Of a stretch of DNA of 39,945 nucleotides, positions 34,813 through 39,945 are shown one piece after another. The stretch covers positions 1 to 39,945 of the forward strand of contig JBAXKK010000015.1 in the NCBI GenBank assembly GCA_037137395.1, written 5' to 3'. The notes beneath the pieces are model-generated. The model saw only the letters and a list, made by a program, of their open reading frames with translations. It had not been told where the DNA came from and made no database searches. A program made the translations under genes and the position numbers. The number at the start of each line of letters is the position of its first letter. Positions within the stretch are counted from its first letter, which is position 1. This stretch comes from Elusimicrobiota bacterium (GTDB taxonomy: Bacteria; Elusimicrobiota; Elusimicrobia; Elusimicrobiales; UBA9959).

Positions 34813-36042
34813 ATGTCCGCTGAATTCTTTATTGCTTATCGATACCTGAAAGCCAAGAGAAAAGGCCTTTTCTCCATGGTAACGACCATTATCGGCATAG
34901 CCGGAGTCGCGCTGGGCGTCGCCGCGCTAATCGTGACTCTCTCCATAATGAACGGTTTTCAGGCCGATATAAAGAAAAAAATAATAGATGCTCAGGCTCA
35001 TATCAGCGTTTACGGATCCGTCCGGGCCGAAGACCTGCCCGCCTTCAGCGCCCGTCTGGAACGCTCGCCGCGCCTTGCCGCCTATTCCCTTTTCGTGATG
35101 GGCCAGGGGATTCTGACTTTTGACGACAGATCTACCGGCGTAGTCGTGAAAGGTCTGGATCCGGAAAAAGAATTCAAGACCAACAACCTTAAAAGCGCCT
35201 TAGTTGAGGGCTCGTGGGAAGCCCTCAAAGCCGCGCCCAAGCCGGGAGAGCCTCCCGCGGTGCTGCTGGGGGAGGAGCTTGCCAAAGGTTTGGGCGCCTG
35301 GGTGGGGGATAATGTTATTCTTGTTTCCCCAAAGTCCGCCGCCACTGCCATGGGGATAATGCCCAAAATGCGTAAGTTCAGGGTGGCCGGGCTCATACGA
35401 ACCGGCTATTTTGAATTTGACAATACCATGGCCTACTGCGGGCTTGCTGCCGCTTCGGATTTCTTTGGATTGGCCGGCGGCGTGAACGGCGCCGGTATAA
35501 GGCTTGACGATATAAACCTGACCGGAGAGAGCGCCATTTTTCTGAGGAAGGAACTGGGCTTCGGCTACTCCGTGAAAACTTACGCGGACATGAACCGCAC
35601 CCTTTTCGCGGCTTTAAAGCTTGAAAAATTCGTCATGTCGCTGGTGCTGGCCCTTATAATACTGGTCGCAACTTTCAATATCGCGTCCAACCTGCTGATG
35701 ATGAGCGTGGAGAAGCTCCGCGATATAGGCGTGCTTCGCTCAATGGGCGCCAGCCCCGGTTTCGTGCGGAAAATATTTTTCTGGGAAGGCAATCTTATAG
35801 CTCTGAGCGGCATCACGCTGGGCGTGCTCCTTGGCATAGGTATTTCCGTCTTCATCTCCGTATATCCGGTGGTGGAGCTGCCTTCTGATATCTACTACAT
35901 CACCAAGGTGCCGGTGGAGTTAAAACTGCGGGATCTGCTGGGCACTGTGGCTGTCAGCTATATACTTTGTATGCTGAGCGCAATTTATCCGGCCCTGCGC
36001 GCTTCAAAAATAAGTCCGGTGGACGCCATAAGATATGGATAA
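34813..36042 (+). CDS. Lipoprotein-releasing ABC permease, LolC/E family
   Basis: FFIAYRYL, GVALGVAALIVTLSIMNGF, LFAALKLEK, DIGVLRSMGA and SAIYPALRASK. Confidence 0.92.
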   Translation: MSAEFFIAYRYLKAKRKGLFSMVTTIIGIAGVALGVAALIVTLSIMNGFQADIKKKIIDAQAHISVYGSVRAEDLPAFSARLERSPRLAAYSLFVMGQGILTFDDRSTGVVVKGLDPEKEFKTNNLKSALVEGSWEALKAAPKPGEPPAVLLGEELAKGLGAWVGDNVILVSPKSAATAMGIMPKMRKFRVAGLIRTGYFEFDNTMAYCGLAAASDFFGLAGGVNGAGIRLDDINLTGESAIFLRKELGFGYSVKTYADMNRTLFAALKLEKFVMSLVLALIILVATFNIASNLLMMSVEKLRDIGVLRSMGASPGFVRKIFFWEGNLIALSGITLGVLLGIGISVFISVYPVVELPSDIYYITKVPVELKLRDLLGTVAVSYILCMLSAIYPALRASKISPVDAIRYG

Positions 36043-36715
36043 TATCGTTAAAGTAGAAGACCTGAGCAAGACCTATACCCAGGGGCACGAGCAGATCCTG
36101 GTGCTGGAGAATATTAATTTTGAAATAAAAGCCGGAGAGTTCACGGCCATGCTGGGGCCGTCCGGGTCCGGCAAATCCACGTTTTTAAACCTTATCGGCC
36201 TTCTGGACGACTGCTACAGCGGGGCGATAACGCTTTTCGGCAATAAGCTGGAGGTCCTGAGCGAGACTAAAAAAGCCGAGCTGCGGCGCAGGCATATCGG
36301 CTTTGTTTTTCAGTTCGACTCGCTGCTGCCGGAATTTACGGTGCTGGAGAACATAGACATGCCCGCCAAGATCATAGGCAAAGGAGACGCCGGCGCATCC
36401 CTGGCGCTTTTAAAGCGCTTCGGCCTGGAGGCGATAGCGCATAAATTTCCGATGGATATTTCCGGCGGCGAGAAGCAGCGCTCCGCCATACTGCGCGCCC
36501 TGCGAAATAAGCCCGGCCTGGTTATAGCTGATGAGCCCACCGGCAATCTGGACAAGCATAACGCCAGGATAGTCCTGGAAGATCTTAAGAAGGTTAACGC
36601 CAATGGAGCGGCCGTGCTCATGGTGACGCACAATGAAGAAGCGGCCTCCTACGCCGACCGCGTTTTTCACCTCTCAGGCGGAAAGCTCGTTGAGACGCGC
36701 GCCCGTAAAGTTTAA
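36035..36715 (+). CDS. lolD: Lipoprotein-releasing ABC ATPase LolD
   Basis: [26 protein letters not shown] and ADEPTGNLD; overlaps the lolC/E stop. Confidence 0.85.
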   Translation: MDNIVKVEDLSKTYTQGHEQILVLENINFEIKAGEFTAMLGPSGSGKSTFLNLIGLLDDCYSGAITLFGNKLEVLSETKKAELRRRHIGFVFQFDSLLPEFTVLENIDMPAKIIGKGDAGASLALLKRFGLEAIAHKFPMDISGGEKQRSAILRALRNKPGLVIADEPTGNLDKHNARIVLEDLKKVNANGAAVLMVTHNEEAASYADRVFHLSGGKLVETRARKV

Positions 36716-36727
36716 GACTAAAAATTT

Positions 36728-37978
36728 ATGAGGAAAATAATTTTGGGCGTGATGGCAGCTCTGATTCTGGCCTCCGGTACGCTGGCCTTCGCCGCCGGCG
36801 GCGACAGGTCGGTTATGCTACAGGGGTTTTGCTGGACATCGTGGAAGACCGCGCCCTGGTGGAATGTTGTCCGGAAAGAAGCTGAGGATATTTCAAAAAC
36901 CGGTTTCAATATTGTCTGGCTGCCGCCGTCCGGCGATGCGGCTTCCAACGAGGGCTATATGCCGCGGCGCCTATATATACAGGACTCCGGGTATGGCACA
37001 GCCGATCAGCTTAAAAGCGTGATAAAGACGCTGCACGCGGGGGGAGTCAAGGTTCTGGCCGACCTTGTTCTGAACCACCGGGTTGGATACAAGGACTGGG
37101 CCGATTTTGCCGACCCGCCCTGGGGCCCGGAAACCATAACTTCCGACGATGAATGGGGCAAGGGGACGGGCGCCAGAGACACGGGCCTGCCGGTAGCTTT
37201 CGCCCGGGATTTAGACCACGCCAGCGCGGTTGTCCGCACGGGCTTCATCGAATGGATGAAATGGCTGCGCTCCGATATCGGCTATGACGGCTGGCGCTAT
37301 GATTTTGCCCGCGGCTACGCACCCGCCTATGTGCTGGAGTATAACCGGGCTAACCCTCCCGCTTTCGCCGTTACTGAAATATGGGATGATCTGGACCTGA
37401 AAAATCCGGACGCGCACAGGCGGGCGCTTGCTTCCTGGCTGGATTCCGTCAATGGCGAGGTGAAGGTATTTGATTTTACCACCAAGGGCCTGCTCCAGCA
37501 GGCGGTGGGGGAAGAGGAGTACTGGCGCCTGTCCGATTCAAACGGCAACCCGTCAGGGCTTATGGGTATCAGGCCCGCTTCGGCGGTGACCTTCGTTGAT
37601 AATCATGATACCGTCCCCCGCGCCGACGGCTACAAAGGCTGGCCCTTCCCTCCTGAAAAACTGATGCAGGGTTACGCCTATATTCTGACGCATCCCGGCG
37701 TGCCTTGCGTATTCTGGCCCGACTTCTTCGACCCGGTCCGAAAAGTCGCTATAACCAGCCTGATGAAGATCCGTAGATCTTCCGGCATAGATTCAGTGAG
37801 CGCGGTTTCAATCGTGAAGGCTGAAAAAGGTCTTTATGCCGCCATTGTTGACGGCAAACTGGCGGTCAGGCTTGGAACGAAAGCTTTGTGGGAGCCGGGC
37901 AAAGGCTGGATATCGGCTGCCGCCGGCCCCGGCTATAACATATGGATAAAAAGCAATAATGCGGTTCAAGGGAGATAA
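36728..37978 (+). CDS. Secreted alpha-amylase, GH13 (plant-like subfamily 6 type)
   Basis: MLQGFCW, GYMPRRLY, ADLVLNHR, DGWRYDFARGY, VTEIWD, AVTFVDNHDT and QGYAYILTHPGVPCVF. Confidence 0.92.
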   Translation: MRKIILGVMAALILASGTLAFAAGGDRSVMLQGFCWTSWKTAPWWNVVRKEAEDISKTGFNIVWLPPSGDAASNEGYMPRRLYIQDSGYGTADQLKSVIKTLHAGGVKVLADLVLNHRVGYKDWADFADPPWGPETITSDDEWGKGTGARDTGLPVAFARDLDHASAVVRTGFIEWMKWLRSDIGYDGWRYDFARGYAPAYVLEYNRANPPAFAVTEIWDDLDLKNPDAHRRALASWLDSVNGEVKVFDFTTKGLLQQAVGEEEYWRLSDSNGNPSGLMGIRPASAVTFVDNHDTVPRADGYKGWPFPPEKLMQGYAYILTHPGVPCVFWPDFFDPVRKVAITSLMKIRRSSGIDSVSAVSIVKAEKGLYAAIVDGKLAVRLGTKALWEPGKGWISAAAGPGYNIWIKSNNAVQGR

Positions 37979-37981
37979 AAT

Positions 37982-39058
37982 ATGAAAGAGACTGTAATAA
38001 CAAAGACCGTGGTGCGCAGCATTGACGCGGAACTTTTTCAGCCTTTTACTATCTCGAGCGGTTCTCATAAACGGTTGGAGAATGTTTTTTTGGGCGTAAA
38101 AACTAAAGAGGGCGTCTGGGGCTGGGGCGAGGCCGCCATAGCGCCGCACATAACCGGCGAGACCCGGGAGGCCACTCTGGCCAATCTCCAGAAGACGGCT
38201 GCCTGGCTGGAGGGCCGCGATATCGCCGACTATTTAAGCCTGCTGGTGGGGCTGGAAGAGCGCCTGGAAAACAACCGCTGCGCCCTGGCCGCCGCGGGGA
38301 TGTCGATACTGGACGCGCTGACCCGCACTCTCAAGATGCCGTTCTGGCGGCTTTACGGAGATAAACCCGCGAAGATACGCACCGATATAACCGTGGTTAT
38401 CGGCACCGTGGCCGAGGCTTACGATTTTACGCTTCAGATGCGCCGCCGCGGTTTTTCAATCTTTAAGGTGAAGACCGGCTCCAACCGGGACGAGGATTTT
38501 AAGCGGATAGCCGCGGTCAGGAAGGCCTCCCCCAAGGCGGAGATATATCTGGATTTTAACGGGGCTTACGACGCAAAAACGGCGGAAAGTTTTGTGGCGG
38601 AGCTCGGAAAGAGCGGCATTGTCCCGGGAGTAGTGGAGCAGCCGGTGGCAAAGAATGATCACGAGGGTCTCGGATATCTTTCCAGGAAGCTTAAGATCCC
38701 CGTCTGCGCTGACGAATCCGCTTATTCGGTTGCCGACGCGGTTGAGCTGATAAAGAAAAAACAGGTCACGGCCATAAACATCAAACTGGCTAAATTCGGA
38801 ATGTTGCGCTCGCGCGAGGTCTGGGCGCTGGCCAGGGCCGCCGGCGTGAAGTTGATGATGGGCGAGATGCTGGAAACAGAGCTGGCCTCCGCCTGCGCTG
38901 CCCAGTTTGCCGCCGGGCTTGGCGGGTTTGATTTTATAGATCTGGATACGCCGCTGCTGATAAAGGAAAAAGTGTTGCGGGGCGGCCGGTATATCTCATC
39001 CGGCGGCGTCTATGATGTCGCAGCCATAAAGTCCGGTATAGGTTACAGCCCGCGGTAG
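37982..39058 (+). CDS. Dipeptide (L-Ala-D/L-Glu) epimerase, enolase superfamily
   Basis: PFTISSG, GWGEAA..ITGET, FKVKTG, YLDFN, VEQP, CADES, NIKLAKFG and FIDLD. Confidence 0.88.
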   Translation: MKETVITKTVVRSIDAELFQPFTISSGSHKRLENVFLGVKTKEGVWGWGEAAIAPHITGETREATLANLQKTAAWLEGRDIADYLSLLVGLEERLENNRCALAAAGMSILDALTRTLKMPFWRLYGDKPAKIRTDITVVIGTVAEAYDFTLQMRRRGFSIFKVKTGSNRDEDFKRIAAVRKASPKAEIYLDFNGAYDAKTAESFVAELGKSGIVPGVVEQPVAKNDHEGLGYLSRKLKIPVCADESAYSVADAVELIKKKQVTAINIKLAKFGMLRSREVWALARAAGVKLMMGEMLETELASACAAQFAAGLGGFDFIDLDTPLLIKEKVLRGGRYISSGGVYDVAAIKSGIGYSPR

Positions 39059-39142
39059 TGTGTAGTTTTGATGGCTGGCGCACATACTGTAAGCCTGTGG
39101 ATTTTATTTGCCATCGATATTCTGTGGAATATGGGGAAGATT

Positions 39143-39945
39143 ATGGTCAAACTTCGATTGGTTAGTTCTCTGATTTTTATGCTGTCCCTTGGTGTTGGCG
39201 CACAAGTTTCTGGTAATAAACCTAACCCCGCCTCGAAAGTGAGTTTGTGTCGCAAGGCCGCAGAACAAGGGGATGCGATAGCGCAAAATAATCTTGGGCG
39301 CATATACTATAACGGTGAAGGTGTTGCAAAAGACTGGGTTAAGGCAATGAACTGGTTCCGCAAGGCCGCAGAACAAGGATATGCTGATGCTCAACATAAT
39401 CTTGGGTTCATGTACTCTAATGGCGAAGGTGTTGCAAAAGACTCGGTTAAAGCAGTGAACTGGTTTCGCAAGGCCGCAGAACAAGGGGTTGCTGTTGCGC
39501 AAGATAGTCTTGGGTACATGTACTCTAACGGCGAAGGTGTTGCAAAAGACTCGGCTGAAGCAGTGAACTGGTATCGCAAGGCCGCAGAACAAGGGCTTGC
39601 TGCTGCGCAGAATAATCTTGGGCTCATGTACTCTAATGGCGAAGGTGTTGCAAAAGACTGGCCCGAGGCAGTGAACTGGTTTCGCAAGGCCGCAGAACAA
39701 GGGCTTGCTACCGCGCAATATGATCTTGGGGTTATGTACTTTAGCGGCGAAGGTGTTGCAAAAGACTGGGCTGAGGCTATGAACTGGTATCGCAAGGCCG
39801 CAGAACAAGGGCTTGCTCCTGCGCAATGTCATCTTGGGGTCATGTACTATAACGGTGAAGGTGTTGCAAAAGACCCGGGCGAGGCAATGAAGTGGGCGCT
39901 GACGGGTTGGGGCAATTCGCGCGTGTTGCGGATGATGGGGTGGTG
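39143..39945 (+). CDS. Secreted Sel1-like repeat protein (runs off the window; absent from the ORF track)
   Basis: Translated by hand: signal MVKLRLVSSLIFMLSLGVGA, then six repeats of RKAAEQGxAxAQxxLGxxYxxGEGVAKDxxxAxxW. An alternative ATG lies at 39131 and there is no stop before the window end. Confidence 0.92.
   Translation, partial: MVKLRLVSSLIFMLSLGVGAQVSGNKPNPASKVSLCRKAAEQGDAIAQNNLGRIYYNGEGVAKDWVKAMNWFRKAAEQGYADAQHNLGFMYSNGEGVAKDSVKAVNWFRKAAEQGVAVAQDSLGYMYSNGEGVAKDSAEAVNWYRKAAEQGLAAAQNNLGLMYSNGEGVAKDWPEAVNWFRKAAEQGLATAQYDLGVMYFSGEGVAKDWAEAMNWYRKAAEQGLAPAQCHLGVMYYNGEGVAKDPGEAMKWALTGWGNSRVLRMMGW
39251..39895 (+). repeat. Six 108-bp coding tandem repeats (Sel1)
   Basis: CGCAAGGCCGCAGAACAAGG recurs at 39251, 39359, 39467, 39575, 39683 and 39791. 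Confidence 0.95.

Noticed and set aside
39104..39832. Minus-strand repetitive ORFs, and other antisense or nested ORFs in the track such as 15426-16322 and 5830-6435
   Set aside because: They are shadows of well-supported genes on the opposite strand, with no motifs of their own.
39251..39895. CRISPR array
   Set aside because: The period is exactly 108 bp, the intervening sequences are homologous, and the whole reads in frame as Sel1 repeats. No cas genes are present.
39251..39895. DGR-type adenine mutagenesis (AAT AAT to CAT AAT, GAT AGT, TAT GAT, TGT CAT)
   Set aside because: Synonymous adenines in GCA/GAA/CAA/AAA codons are largely invariant, and no reverse transcriptase or template repeat is in the window.

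Overview
Bacterial chromosomal segment of moderately high GC from a diderm; the gene style suggests Elusimicrobiota, but this is unverified. From the left: an ORF6N remnant, a GH-A clan glycosidase and mtaB. A co-oriented cluster follows: an acidic/Pro-rich scaffold-like protein, a degenerate DnaA paralogue, a GAF histidine kinase, three FlgT/CsgG/GNA1162-type lipoproteins, comM, a TsaP-like LysM protein, dprA and topA. Next come an Aas-like fusion, an alpha-amylase remnant, xerC, dacB, a macAB-tolC-type exporter, murQ, a triad-less alpha/beta hydrolase, ndk, a receiver protein, lysS, lolC/E-lolD, a plant-type alpha-amylase, a dipeptide epimerase and a Sel1-repeat gene that runs off the right end. 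The best novel-system candidate is the scaffold + DnaA paralogue + kinase operon: the DnaA-like ATPase lacks the arginine finger, sensor II and DNA-binding domain, and appears to share a C-terminal domain with its PopZ-like neighbour. Also present are two copies of an ~180-bp structured MITE, each with its own 4-bp target duplication (one sits on the tolC start), several probable leaderless genes, and many intergenic inverted repeats. No rRNA, tRNA or CRISPR array was found. All alignments were made by eye.
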